DNA of 64,000 nt from an uncultured Chloroflexia bacterium (GTDB lineage Bacteria; Chloroflexota; Anaerolineae; CG2-30-64-16): positions 192,001 to 256,000 of the forward strand of contig CAVZDU010000005.1 in assembly GCA_963774265.1 (NCBI GenBank). Reading direction: 5' to 3'. Position numbers and translations under genes: made by a program. The notes below the pieces were generated by a model, which was not told where the DNA came from, did no database searches, and saw only the letters and a list, made by a program, of their open reading frames with translations. Of this stretch, positions 19,961 through 32,884 are shown one piece after another; position 1 is the stretch's first letter, and each line of letters starts with the position of its first letter.

Positions 19961-20527
19961 ATGGAGCCACAACAGAGGCACAATGATGCGCAGTCCCCGC
20001 CCAGTAAGCTGCGACCGGGTGACCCTATCTTTCATCCCCGGTACGGTTTCGGCACCATTCAGGGCCTGACGCGTCGTGACCGCAGCCAACCGATCGACGA
20101 GCCTTCCGTGGCCGATCTTGGATCCGACCGGGTGGAAGACTATTACGAAATCCATCTCAGCCAGGGAGGGACGCTGCTTGTGCCTGTCCAGCGGGCCGAA
20201 AGCGTTGGTTTACGCCGCCTATCGGTCGGTATTGAGACGATCAAGCGTTGTCTGAACTCTCCTGCACAGGGCTTGCCCAGCAATTACCGGGAGCGGGCCG
20301 CAGCCCTGCAGGTGCGCGAACAAGGCGCCGAGCCAACCGCGCTGGCTGATTCCGTGCGCGATGTACTGGCTCAGAGTCGTGAGCGAACGCTGTCAAAGGG
20401 TGAGAGAGCCTGGCTCGACAAGTCGTGCCAACGCCTGGTCGCCGAAGCGGCACTGGTTGACCGCACCACGGTGCTCGAGGCTCAGGCTGCCTTGCGCGCG
20501 GCCGTGAATCAGTTGGATCTTGGTTAG
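19961..20527 (+). CDS. CarD-family transcription factor (divergent)
   Basis: GDPIFHPRYGFGTI...DYYEI...TLLVPVQRAESVGLRRL...LPSNYRER...LVAEAALV; RBS GGAGG. Confidence 0.8.
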   Translation: MEPQQRHNDAQSPPSKLRPGDPIFHPRYGFGTIQGLTRRDRSQPIDEPSVADLGSDRVEDYYEIHLSQGGTLLVPVQRAESVGLRRLSVGIETIKRCLNSPAQGLPSNYRERAAALQVREQGAEPTALADSVRDVLAQSRERTLSKGERAWLDKSCQRLVAEAALVDRTTVLEAQAALRAAVNQLDLG

Positions 20528-20566
20528 GTCATCCCCTGCCAGATTCCCTTGCTGGAGAGGAATATC

Positions 20567-21527
20567 ATGTTCGACAAGATCTTGGTCCCCCTGGACCGCT
20601 CAGCGCTGGCCGAGTGCGTCTTGCCGCATGCCATCGCGCTGGCCCGCGCGCTCGACTCCCAACTGATTCTGCTTCACGTCTTGTCGGTGTCCGACAAACC
20701 GGATCGCCTGCGCGCGGTGGACCCTCTGGAATGGCAGCTGCGCCGGGCCGAGGCCGAAAGCTACCTCCAGGCGGTCTGTGCGCGGCTCCAGGAGGCAGGG
20801 GTCCCGAGCGAGGCCCAGGTGACTGATGGCGATGCCGCGGAGATGATCGTGGACTTCGCTCACGACCACGATATTGGTCTGGTGCTGATGGCCAGCCACG
20901 GTCAGAGCGGCCTTAGCGGCTGGAACGTCAGCAGCGTCGTGCAAAAGGTCATCATGCGCGCCCGCGCTTCGCTCATGATCGTACGCGCATATGAGCCGGC
21001 GCAAACCGACAGCTTCACCCTGCAATACCAGCGGATCCTGGCGCCGTTGGACAACTCGGCGCGTGCAGAATGCGTCCTCCCGCTCGCTGCCGTCCTGGCC
21101 CGCATCCCAGAGACCCAGATCCTGCTGGCCCACGTGGTGCAGCGCCCGGCGATGCCCCGCCGCACGCCCCCGAGCCAGGAGGAGATCGAATTGGCCGACC
21201 GGCTCGTGGAGCGCAACCGCATCGAGGCCGAGAACTACCTGGAGGTTGTTCGCCTCCAGCTCCCGCCGTCGGCAGTTGAGACCCGAGTGCTTGTCGGCAA
21301 CCAGGCGGCGAGTACGTTGCACGAGTCTGGTCGATCAGGAGCGCATCGATCTGGTGCTCCTAAGCGCCCATGGCTACTCCGGCGAAACGCGCTGGCCGCA
21401 CGGCGGGTTGGTTGCCAGCTTCGTGGCGTATGGTTCATGTCCCTTGCTGATCTTTCAGGACGCACCCGGTGAGCAGTCCACACTGACCCAGGCCGAAGCC
21501 GCCGTGCGCAACTACGAAAGTCGGTAG
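20567..21527 (+). CDS. Universal stress protein, tandem USP domains (frameshift near 21325)
   Basis: ILVPLDRSALAECVLP...MASHGQSG and ILAPLDNSARAECVLP...LSAHGYSG. Confidence 0.88.
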
Positions 21528-21530
21528 GGC

Positions 21531-24500
21531 ATGACCAACGAGGAGATATTAGAACCGGCGCCGGCCGGCCGATTACGCGCAGGAGGAAATTCGGGACTCG
21601 GGCACACCGGCCGCTGCTGCTGGCGCAGCCACACCCGGACCTGGCGCCGAACCCTGGTTGTTGGCCGGTCTGAAGGCAGCAGGAGGCATTTCTCGAGAGT
21701 ACGGTAGACCATTTCCGAAGTGGGCAGGGACAAGAGACCCTCTCCCATGCGGCCGAGTGGATGCTGGACAACTTCTACCTGGCCCAGCAGTCGTTGCGCC
21801 AGGTCCGCGGCGACATGCCGCGCAGCTTCTATCGGCAGTTGCCCAAGCTGGTTGCCGGTCCCTTACAGGGTTATCCGCGCATCTACGATCTTGCGCAGCA
21901 GCTTGTGGCCCAGAGTGATGCACGGCTGGATCTGGAACATGTGCAGCACTTCGTGTGGCTCTACCAGGAGATCCAACCACTCACGACCGGTGAGCTTTGG
22001 GCTTTGCCGGTCATGCTGCGCTGGAGTGTTCTGACGGTCCTGGCACAGGCAGCCGGTCAAATCACCGGATTGACCCCCCAGGTCAAAAAATCTCGCGGCC
22101 AGGGTGGACCCTCCGTCCCGCCCCTGTCCGGCTCGCCCACCGGTGACGAAGTCGTTGCGAACTGCTTCACCAGCCTGCGAACCATCGCCAACTATGATTG
22201 GCGCAGACTTCTTCGAGAGCGTGAGCCAGGTGGAGCGTGTCCTGCGGACCGATCCCTCTGCCGTTTACGCCCGAATGGACCTCACGACGCGCAATCGGTA
22301 TCGCGGCGTCATCGAGGAACTGGCCGCGGAGAGTGGTCAGAGCGAGCCGGATGTCGCCCATGCAGCGGTCGCACTGGCTCGAGGGGACGGGCAGAACCTG
22401 CCCCCGTCCGAGAGGAACCCATCGAAGACGAAGGTCAGGCAGATGCGGCTGTTTGGCTGGGACTAGACATGCCTCCCGCTGCGCACGTGGGCTACTATCT
22501 GGTAGACGACGGCCGTGTGGCCCTGGAGGACAGCGTCGGCTACCGCCCCACGCCGGGAAAGAAGCTCGCGCGTTGGATCCTGAAGCACCCGTCCGTGGTT
22601 TACCTGGGTTCAATCCTCCTGCTGACGCTGTTGATGCTGGCCGGGTCCACCTTCTACGCCGCTGCCCGTGACGGTTCTGTGCTGCAAGTGCTGCTGGCTG
22701 CTGCGGTCACCTTCATGCCCGCCCTCGCGGCTGCGATTGCCCTGGTCGATTGGGTCGTCACCCTTGCCGTCCCGCCCCGCATCCTGCCCAAGCTGAACCT
22801 CTCCGGGCAATCGGGCGCAAGCGGCATCCCCGACTCCTGTCGCACGATGGTGGTCGTTCCAGCGCTCCTTGGCAGCGTGCATGACGTGACCTCGCTGTTG
22901 CGCCAGATCGAGCAGCACTACCTGCGCAACCCCGACCCCAACCTGTACTTCGCGCTTCTGACCGACTTCGGTGATGCCGCCCAACAACATATGCCCGGCG
23001 ACGCCGCGCTGTTGGAGCAACAACAGGCCGGCATCGTCTCGCTGAACGAGCGTTACGCCGCGCTGACCGGCACCGGGGGTCATCCTGGCCCATTCTGCAT
23101 GTTCCACCGCGAGCGTCTCTGGAACGAAACAGAGAATCGGTGGATCGGGTGGGAACGCAAACGCGGCAAACTCCACGAGTTGAATCGGTGGCTCCGTGGC
23201 GCCACCGACACGTCCATCGTGTCCTCCATCGGACCGGCCGCCGAACTCCGGCAGGTGAAGTACGTGATCACCCTGGATTCCGACACGATCCTGGGGCGAG
23301 ACGGAGCCCACGAGCTGATAGGCACGCTGGCTCATCCATTGAACCACGCCCAGGCTGATCCAAGCACAGGACGCGTGCTGCGTGGCTACGGGCTGTTGCA
23401 GCCGCGCACTGAGATCACGCCGACCAGCGCCAACTTCTCGCGCTTCAGTCGCATCTTCGCTGGCGACATCGGCCTGGATCTCTACACCAACGCCGTCTCC
23501 AACGTTTATCAGGATCTCTTCGGCAGCGGCATCTACGTCGGCAAAGGCATCTACGATGTAGACGCTTTCGAAAGGAGCCTGGCCGGCCGCGTCCCCGAAA
23601 ACACGTTGCTCAGCCACGACCTGTTCGAGGGCATTCACGCCCGCGTTGGCCTGGTCACCGACATCGTCTTGTACGAGGACTACCCGCCCACCTACCTGAC
23701 GCATATACGCCGGCTGCGTCGCTGGACGCGCGGCGATTGGCAGCTCCTGCCGTGGTTATTGCCGCACGCCCTGAAGCCTGCCGGGCTAGCCGGAGATCAA
23801 GGCCGACTTCGGGCTGATCGACACCTGGAAACTCCTCGACAACCTGCGCCGCAGCCTGCTGCCACCGGCGCTGCTGCTTATGCTCGTAGTGGGCTGGCTC
23901 CTTCTGCCCGGCGCGGCTTGGGCCTGGACGCTGGCCGCGCTGACCGCGCTGGCTGCCGCCTGCGCTCATCGGCTCATTGACGCCGTTTGCGCGGGGGCCC
24001 AGTTGGGCGGCATGGCGGCAATCAGCCCGCTCCGTGAGAGATGGGCTGCGGCGTTGGCTCCTCGCCATCGCCTTTCTGCCTTTTGAAGCCGTCCAAATGC
24101 TCGAGGCAGTCGTCACCAGCCTGGTTCGAGTGATGATCACCCGCCGGCGCCTGTTGGAATGGCTCACCGCCGCGAGGTCTGCCCAACGCGAAACCGCAAT
24201 CGGCAGCCGCGGGCGGATGTGGCGCTTCATGCTGAGCGCGCTGCTCCTCGCCGCGGCCATTGGAATCCTCGTTCTCTCGCTTCCGGCCATCCAGTCTGCT
24301 CGTGGCCCTGCCGCTGCTTCTCGGCTGGGCGCTGGCGCCCGAGATCGCCTTGCGCATCAGCGAGCCGGTCCGGCATACCCCCGAGCCCATCACGGAAGCG
24401 CAGACCATCGCCCTGCGCAGCCTGGCGCGGCGCACCTGGCTGTTCTTCGAGGACTTTGTCGGGCCGGACGATCACTGGCTGCCCCCAGACCACTACCAGG

Positions 24501-27500
24501 AAACGCCGCTCGGCAAGGTCGCGCCGTATACTTCGCCCACCAACATCGGGTTGCTCCTGCTCTCCACGCTCGCCGCGTACGACCTGGGGTACATCGGCAC
24601 CATTGGTCTTGTGTCCCGGCTGCGTGCGACCTTTGAAAGCCTTGAACGGCTGGAGCGCTTCCGCGGCCATTTTTTGAACTGGTATGACACGCGCAGCTTG
24701 ACCCCTCTGTTGCCGCGTTATGTTTCCACCGTCGACAGCGGCAACCTGGCCGCGTGCCTGTGCATCCTCAGCCAGGCCTGCCAGAGGCTGCAGGATGCGC
24801 CCGTGCTGCGTTGGTCGCGCTGGGAGGGCGTGGCCGACACCTTCGGCCTGCTGGACGATTTCATGAGCGACCTGGAAACAGCTCAGAACATCCCGGCAGC
24901 CAGGGAGCTGCGTGTGCTTGCCCGGGAATTGCGCGACGGCGTGCGAGCGGTCAAGGCTGATCCCGCGGCGTGGCGTCCGGCCCTCGACTACGTAGCCGGA
25001 GAAGGCTGGCAGCGCCTCGAAACGCTGCTCACGCGCCTCGTCGAAGAAAACGCCACCGTCCTGGGCGCGGCCGCGCTGGGCGCGCTGCGGATTGCCGCCG
25101 GCCGCATCAGCAACCAGATCTATCACCTTCCACCGGTCGGTGGAGCTGCTCCTTCCCGGCCTTGCCTGGCTCAACGAAAGCCCGCCACTGTTCCGCGATC
25201 CAGGAATGCCCGTCGAGCTTGGTCGAGCCCTTACTGTGCGTTGGCCGAGACCCTCCGGTTCGTCCCCACCTTTGCAGGGCACCCGGCGGCATGCGCCACT
25301 GCGGAAGCGGCACTCGACCGGCTCGTCACCGCATTGGACCGACTGCCCGCGGGCCGCTACGGCGCGGCCCAATTGACCGAGGCGCGCGCATCATGCGAGA
25401 CCCTGCGCGAAAAGCTCAGGGCTGCCCGGGCGATGGGTGAGGATCTGTTGGCGGGCCTGGTTGACATCGCTGCCCTGGCGGAAACCTATTTCCGTGAGAT
25501 GGACTTTGGCTTCCTGTTCGAGCCGCGACGAGAAGTCTTCCACATTGGGTACAACGTGACCGCCGGCAAACTCGACGCCAACTTCTACGACTTGCTGGCT
25601 TCCGAGGCGCGCATTGCCAGCCTGGTGGCTCTGGCCAAGCACGAGGTGCCACGCAGCCACTGGTTGCATCTCGCCCGTCCGCTGACACAGGTTGACGGCG
25701 CCCGCGTGCTCCTCTCCTGGAGCGCGACCATGTTCGAGTACCTGATGCCGACGCTCTTCATGCGCTCGTATGCAGGCACCCTGCTGCATGAGAGCGCGGC
25801 GGCCGCCGTGGACATTCAGATCGCCTATGGCCAACGCCAAGGCCTGCCCTGGGGCATCTCCGAGTCGGGCTACTACGCGTTCGACGGCAACAGCAACTAC
25901 CAGTACCGCGCCTTCGGCGTGCCGGGCCTGGGCTTCAAGCGCAACCTGGCCGAGGATTCGGTGGTCGCCCCGTATGCCTCGCTGATCGCGTTGCCGTTTC
26001 AACCTGGGGCCGTCGCCGAGAACCTCACGCGCCTTGCCCGGCTGGGTGCGCTCGGCATCTATGGACTTTACGAGGCCGTCGATTTTTCCCCGTCCCGTCT
26101 GCCGCTCGGCCGTAACCATGCTGTCGTGAGCGAATACATGACGCATCACCAGGGTATGATCCTGGTGGCATTGGACAACTACCTCTCTGAGGTCGCCACG
26201 GAGCGGGACGCAGTGATGCTGCAGCGCTTCCACTCAGATCCGCGCCTGCAAAGCGTCGATCTCCTGCTGCAAGAGCGCGTGCCGATGGACGTGCCGCTTG
26301 AATTCCCCCAGCCGGGTGATCTCGCCCCAACCCGGCGCTCGCTGCCGCCGGTCATCTCTACCCCGTGGGAGGCGCCCACCGGCGCACCCACGCCACAGGT
26401 CCACTACCTCTCCAACGGGCGATACAGCATGCTCATTTCGGCCACGGGCGGGGGGTTCAGCCGTTGGGGCGACTTCGACCTGACCCGTTGGCGCGCAGAT
26501 ACCACGCGGGATGACTGGGGGACGTGGCTCTATGTGCAGGACCGGGAGAGTGGCAAGTTGTGGTCCGCAGGCTACCAGCCAACCGGCGTGTCGCCAACCA
26601 CGCACGACGTCCGCTTCTATGCCCACAAAGCGGAGTTCCGGCGCACCGATGACCAGATCGCTCTGACACTGGAAATCGCCGTCGCGGCGGACGATGACGT
26701 GGAGATCCGGCGTGTGACCCTGCACAACCAGGGTGAGAGACCGCGCCGCCTGGCGCTGACCAGTTACGCAGAGGTCGTCATGGCAGACCCGGCGACCGAT
26801 CAACGCCACCCTGCCTTCAACAAGCTGTTCATCGAAAGCGAGTATGTGCCGGACCTCGGACGCGCTGCTCTTCCGCCGGCGCCCGCGCGCCGAGAGCGAC
26901 GCCCCCGTGTTCGTGGCGCATTTCGTATTGTGTGAGGGAGGCAAGTCAGGGTCGACCACCGGTTATGAAAGCGACCGGGCAATCTTCCTCGGACGGGGTG
27001 GCGCGGGCGCCCGCGCACCTGCTCGCTCTCGTGACCGTCCCGGGTGCGGGCATGCGCCGCAGCTGAGCGGCGGGGTGGGAGCTACGCTCGATCCGATCAT
27101 GGCGCTACAACGCGAGGTTGAGTTGCAGGCGGGTGAGACCGAGCAGTTGGCGTTTCTCACGGTGGCCGCCGCTTCACGGGCCGAGGTATTGACACTCGTG
27201 GGGCGTTACCAAACCTGGCCGGCCATCGAGCACTCGATCGGTCAGACCCGCTCGCGTTCCGAATTGGAGCTGCGCCAGTCCGGTCTTTCCACGGTCGAGC
27301 TGGAACGTTTTCAAACACTCTTATCGGCCCTGCTTTACCCCTATCACGGTCTGCGGGCCGAGGCCTCAGATCCTGGCCGCCAACACTCGGGGACAGCCCG
27401 GGCTGTGGGCTTACGGAATTTCGGGTGACTATCCGATCCTCCTTGTGCGCATCGCCGAAGAAGAGGGGCTGCCTGTCGTTCAAGAATTGCTGCAGGCGCA

Positions 27501-30256
27501 TGCCTACTGGCGCAAGCGTGGCTTGAAAATCGATCTGGTGATCCTGAACACGCGCATGGCAGGTTACAACCAGGAACTGCGCGACCAGATCCAGCGCCTG
27601 CTGGTATTGATGCAGGGCGAGATCTGGCTCAACCAGCGCGGCGGCATCTTCATGCTGTACGCGCATCAGTTGAACGAGGCCGATACCGTCCTGCTGCAGG
27701 CGGCCGCCCGCGTCGTCCTCGATGCCGGCGTGACAGACCTGAGCACCGCGATGGCGATCTTGCGTCGCCAGCCCGAGCAGTTGCCGCCATTTGCCCCAAG
27801 TGCCGTTGTGGAGGAAGGTGAGTTGCACTTGCCGCCTGTGGCGCGACCCGCCGGACTCATTTTCGATAACGGCTTGGGTGGTTTCAGTTCGGATGGCCGC
27901 GAGTATGTTATCTATCTGGACGGCGAGCAACAACCGCCCGCGCCCTGGGTGAACGTCATCGCCAATCCGGAGTTCGGCTTCCTGGTGTCAGAGTCCGGCA
28001 GCGGCCCCACTTGGGCGCTGAACAGCGGCGAGAACCGGCTGACTCCCTGGTCCAACGACCCGGTCACCGACCCGTCCGGAGAGGTGCTTTACCTGCGCGA
28101 CGAGGAGACGGCCGAGGTTTGGACGCCCACGCCACAGCCGGCCGGAGCTCGCTCGCCCTACCTGGTGCGGCACGGCGCGGGTTACACGGTCTTTGAACAC
28201 AACAGCCACGGGCTCCGCCAGCGGGTGCGCCTTTTTGTCCCGCCTGATGCACCCGTCAAGGTCTGGCACTTGCGGCTGGAGAACGCCACGCAGCGGCCGC
28301 GCCGCTTCACCGCCACCTTCTATGCCGAGTGGGTGCTGGGCGTCACGCGCGACACCGGGGTCCAACACATCATCCCGGATTTTGACGAAGGCAGCCAGGC
28401 GCTGCTGGCGCGCAACCCATGGCGCCCTGAGTTCGGCGAGCGCGTGGCTTTCGCCGCCCCCAGCCGGCGGCTACACGGCCTCACTACCGATCGCAGCGAA
28501 TTCCTGGGCCGCCTGGGCAGCGTGCAGCGGCCCGCCGCATTGGGCCGCATCGGTCTGCGCGGCGTTGTCCAGGCTGGTCTCGATCCCTGTGCCGCGCTCC
28601 AACTGCACATCGATCTTCCCCCGGGGGAGAGCGACGAGATATGGTTCCTGCTTGGCCAGGGCGGGGACCGCGCGGACGCCATCACCCTGGCGACGCGTTA
28701 CCAGGATGCCGCGCAGGTGGAGCAGGCCTGGCAGGCCGCGAATGATTTCTGGAACGATCTGCTCGGTGCAGTAGTGGTACACACGCCCGATCCCGCGATG
28801 GATTTGCTGCTCAACCGCTGGCTGCTCTACCAGAGCCTGTCTTGCCGGATCTGGGGCCGCTCTGCTTTCTACCAATCGAGCGGCGCGTTCGGCTTCCGCG
28901 ATCAGTTGCAGGACGTGATGGGGTTAGTCCACGCCGCGCCTGGGCTGGCGCGCCAGCACATCCTGACCGCGGCCGGGCGCCAGTTCGAGGCGGGAGACGT
29001 GCTCCATTGGTGGCACCCACCCTCGGGCCGCGGGGTGCGGACGCGCTGTTCCGACGACCTGTTGTGGCTGCCTTTCGTCACCGCACACTATGTCGAGGCT
29101 ACCGGCGACGACTCCATCCTGGCAGAGCGGACGCCCTTCTTGCAGGCGGCCCCATTGGCAGCCGGCGAGGATGACCGCTACGGTGAGTACCCAACCGGAA
29201 GCGGGAACGCATCGCTGTACGATCACTGCCGCCGCGCGCTCGAGCGGGGGACGACAGCCGGGTCTCATGGCCTGCCGCTGATGGGCAGCGGCGATTGGAA
29301 TGACGGCATGAATCGGGTAGGCGCCGGTGGTCGGGGCGAGAGCGTCTGGCTCGGCTGGTTCCTCCATGCCACGCTGTCGCGCTTTGCCGGCTTGTGCGAA
29401 CGCCAAGGCGACGCCGCCCAGGGCGCGGCCTACCGCGAGCAGGCGGCGGCGCTGCATGAGGCGTTGGAGCGCTATGGTTGGGATGGCCAGTGGTACTTGC
29501 GCGCCTTCTACGACGATGGCTCCCCGCTGGGCTCCAGTCAGAACGACGAATGCCAGATAGACGCGATCGCCCAGTCGTGGGCAGTGCTGTCCGGCGCCGG
29601 GGATCCGGAACGCTCGACACAGGCCATGGATGCTGTTCTCCATCGTCTGGTGCGCGCGGAGGACCGTCTTCTCCTGCTTTTCACCCCGCCCTTCGACAAG
29701 ACTCCGCGCGACCCCGGCTATATCAAGGGTTACCTGCCGGGCATCCGCGAGAACGGCGGCCAATACACGCACGCGGCGGTGTGGACCGCCTGGGCCTTTG
29801 CCGAGTTGGGCCGAACGGAAACAGCGGAAAGCCTCTTCCGGCTGCTCAACCCCATCTATCATGCGGACACGCCGGCAGCGGTCGAGCGTTACAAGGTCGA
29901 GCCCTATGTCGTCGCCGCCGACATCTACGGCGTCGCTCCGCACACCGGCCGCGGCGGTTGGACCTGGTACACCGGCTCGGCGGCCTGGATGTACCGCCTG
30001 GGAATCGAAGGCATCCTCGGGCTGCGCCGCGTCGCGGCTGGGCTGCTCATCGAGCCGCGCCTCCCTCCCGATTGGCCAGGTTACGAGGCGTCCTATCGCT
30101 TCGGCGCCACGACCTATCATATTCGGGTCCGCAATCGCGGAGCGTCGGGCGAAGTTGGTGAGGCGACCATGACCGTCGACGGACAAGCGGTGCAGGGCAG
30201 TCTCGTCGAGCTGCACGACGACGGCGCACCCGCACCAGGTGGAGATCATGCTCTGA
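21531..30256 (+). CDS. cgs: Cyclic beta-1,2-glucan synthase (Cgs/NdvB/ChvB): GT domain, cyclisation domain and GH94 phosphorylase; about 10 apparent frameshifts
   Basis: GWERKRGKL, LDSDT, GKGIYDVDAF, LLSHDLFEG, RWTRGDWQLL, PPDHYQE...TSPTNIG, SWSATMFEYLMP, WGISESG, FRDQLQD, GDWNDGMN, ENGGQYTH. Likely true end HQVEIML*. Confidence 0.9.
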
Positions 30257-30346
30257 TGAGCCTCACCCGACAGAAGAGGGTGCGCTCCAATTGTGTGTTC
30301 GTGCCTTGGTGGTAAACGCCCCGATAAGAACTGCGCGCTGCCGGCG

Positions 30347-32884
30347 TTAGGAAGCGTTGCGGGGGGATTCGGGAAGGCCCACTTCGCGGGCCCAGGTGGC
30401 GATTTGCACGCGTGAGTCAAAGCCCAGCTTGATGAGGATGCGGGTGACGTAGGTCTCCACGGTCTTCAGCCCGACGACCATGTGACTGGCGATTTCGCGG
30501 TTTGAGAGCCCGGCCGCGATCAGCGCGGCGGTCTCACGCTCGCGGGAGCTCAGGCCGCCGAATGCCGCCTTGGCAGATCCGCTGGCGGATAATTCGGTGA
30601 CATCGGACGGTGGCGGGGTCACGGCGAGATCGATGACCTGGCTGACGGGCAGACCGGCGCCTTCGGCCCAGCTGGCATCAAAGGCGGTGTCGCCCAGTGT
30701 GTGGCGCAGCCCGGCCAACAGGCGCTCGTAGCTGGGACGGTCGGCCGTGTCGATCGCCGAGCCGACCGGCGCGCGCAAAGCCGCGGCCGCGCCCAACATG
30801 CGAACCGCGGCCTGCTGGGTTTCTCGACGCTGTGGCGCGGGCCGCGCCTGCGCTTCCAGGGTCGCGGCCGCGGCCAGTTTCTCCAGGCACCAGGCCAGGC
30901 CGCCACGGTCACCGATTTCCTGGCGAATCCGCATGCTTTCGCCGAGCAACTCGCGCATCCGGCTGAAATCTCGGCGTAGCACGGCCACCCATCCCAATGA
31001 ACCGAGCGCCCCGGCGCAGCCCCATAGATCGCCCGACTCGCGGCGGATCGCCAGGCTTTCTGCAAGCAGGTTATGGGCCCGGTCCAGCTTGCCCTGGCGA
31101 ACGCACAGCTCACCGAGGCCTGCCAAACCGAGGGCGAGCAGGCCGCCTTCCTTCCGCTCTCGCAAGAAGGGCAGGGGCTCGTTCAGCAACTGCTCGGCGC
31201 GAGCGTAGTCCCCCGCACGCATCGCAGCCCAGCCCAGTAGCAGCAGCGTGTCGGTGATCCCCCGCGTGTCTCCCAACTCCCGGAAGATCTCCAACGCATC
31301 CGAGAACAACCCGGGGGCCGCATCATCATCGCCGACCTCGGTCGCGAGATCGCCCAGGATGTAGAGCGCCAGGGCCACGCCTGGCCTACCGGGCGGGCCG
31401 GCCTCACGGCTGATCTTCAAGCCGTCTTCGGCCAGGATGCGAGTGGCGGGAAAGTCGCTCTGCATAAAAGCGATGCTGGCAGCCCACGAGCTGGCCCAGC
31501 CGCGCGTGAACGTGCTCGCCTGCGCCCCGGGCAGAGCGAGGGCCGTCGCCAGCCGCTCGCGACCTTCGCTCATGTAGCCGCCCCAGCGCCAGAACGGCCC
31601 GAGCGTTGCGGCCAGGCGGAGCCCCGCCGGGTGCTTATCCGGCATCCCGTACGCCCACACCAACGCCGCGCGGAAGTTGTCGTGCTCGAGGTCGAAAAGC
31701 CGCCGCCACTCGATTTGGACCGCGCTGGCCAGGCGCAACGTATTGGCCTCGGCCCAGCCGAGATAATACGCCAGGTGTCGATCCCGGACCACCGCATGCT
31801 CCCCGGCGTCCGCCAGCTTCTGGAGCGCATACTCCCTGATGGTCTCCAGCAGGCGGTAGCGCGACTGACCCTCCCGGTTTTCCACTACCACCAGCGATTT
31901 GTCCACCAGGGCCTGTAATAGGTCAAGCACCGCCTCGGAGCGGACATCACCGCCGGCACAGACGGCCTCCGCCGCCTCAAGCCTCCAGCCTCCAACGAAC
32001 ACCGCGAGCCGCCGAAAGACCGTCCGCTCCGCAGCCGACAGCAACTCGTGGCTCCAGTCGAAGGTGGCCTCGAGCGCGCGATGGCGCTGGGGCGCGGTGC
32101 GCAGGCTGCTGGTGAGCAGGTGGAAGCGGTCGTCCAGGCGCCCGGCGATTTGCTGCACGGAGAGCACGCGCATCCGGGCTGCCGCCAGCTCGATCGCCAA
32201 CGGCAGCCCGTCCAGGCGGCGGCAGATATCGGCAATCCACGGACCGTTTTCGGCAGTGAGTTGGAAGGTGGGGACAGCTTCTGTGGCCCTGGCCGCGAAT
32301 AACTGCACCGCCTCGGACTCCCGAAAGGCATCGAGCGCGGCGCGTTTGCTCGCAGGAGAGAGCCACGGCTGGCGGTTTGGAACGGTAAGGGGTGGGACGA
32401 CCCAGACTAGCTCCCCGGGCACGCCCAGCGACTCGCGGCTCGTCGCCAGCAGGCGGAGGTGGGGACACGCCTGGAGCAGCGTGGCCGTAAGGTCGGCGAG
32501 GGTCCCGAGGAGATGTTCGCAGTTGTCGAGGACCAGGAGCGCGGCGCGGGCTTGTAAGTGGTTCTGCAGGAATTCGCTCACCGTCAGCCCCGCGCTCTCC
32601 CGCACCCCCAGGGCTGTCGCAACGGCCTGCGGGACGCGCTGATCCTCGCTCAGCGGGGCGAACTCGGTCAGCCAGGCTCCATCGGGGTAGTTCTGCTGCA
32701 CGCTGCGCGCCACATGCAGCGCCAAGCGCGTCTTGCCCGAACCGCCCGGCCCGATCAGGGTCACCAGGCGGTGCTCGGCTAACAGGCGGATAACCTCGGC
32801 GGTCTCACGGCCGCGGCCAATGAACCTGGTCAGCGGCGCCGGCAGGTTGCCAGGCGAAACAGGGTCACGGTATGTGTGGTTCAT
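30347..32884 (-). CDS. STAND (NB-ARC-like) ATPase-TPR-LuxR HTH transcriptional regulator
   Basis: NLPAPLTRFIGR, GPGGSGKT, LLVLDNCEH, GLPLAIELAA, C-terminal LSSRERE...GLSNREIA; extended -10 TGTTATAAT at 32932-32940. Confidence 0.92.
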   Translation of the reverse strand: MNHTYRDPVSPGNLPAPLTRFIGRGRETAEVIRLLAEHRLVTLIGPGGSGKTRLALHVARSVQQNYPDGAWLTEFAPLSEDQRVPQAVATALGVRESAGLTVSEFLQNHLQARAALLVLDNCEHLLGTLADLTATLLQACPHLRLLATSRESLGVPGELVWVVPPLTVPNRQPWLSPASKRAALDAFRESEAVQLFAARATEAVPTFQLTAENGPWIADICRRLDGLPLAIELAAARMRVLSVQQIAGRLDDRFHLLTSSLRTAPQRHRALEATFDWSHELLSAAERTVFRRLAVFVGGWRLEAAEAVCAGGDVRSEAVLDLLQALVDKSLVVVENREGQSRYRLLETIREYALQKLADAGEHAVVRDRHLAYYLGWAEANTLRLASAVQIEWRRLFDLEHDNFRAALVWAYGMPDKHPAGLRLAATLGPFWRWGGYMSEGRERLATALALPGAQASTFTRGWASSWAASIAFMQSDFPATRILAEDGLKISREAGPPGRPGVALALYILGDLATEVGDDDAAPGLFSDALEIFRELGDTRGITDTLLLLGWAAMRAGDYARAEQLLNEPLPFLRERKEGGLLALGLAGLGELCVRQGKLDRAHNLLAESLAIRRESGDLWGCAGALGSLGWVAVLRRDFSRMRELLGESMRIRQEIGDRGGLAWCLEKLAAAATLEAQARPAPQRRETQQAAVRMLGAAAALRAPVGSAIDTADRPSYERLLAGLRHTLGDTAFDASWAEGAGLPVSQVIDLAVTPPPSDVTELSASGSAKAAFGGLSSRERETAALIAAGLSNREIASHMVVGLKTVETYVTRILIKLGFDSRVQIATWAREVGLPESPRNAS

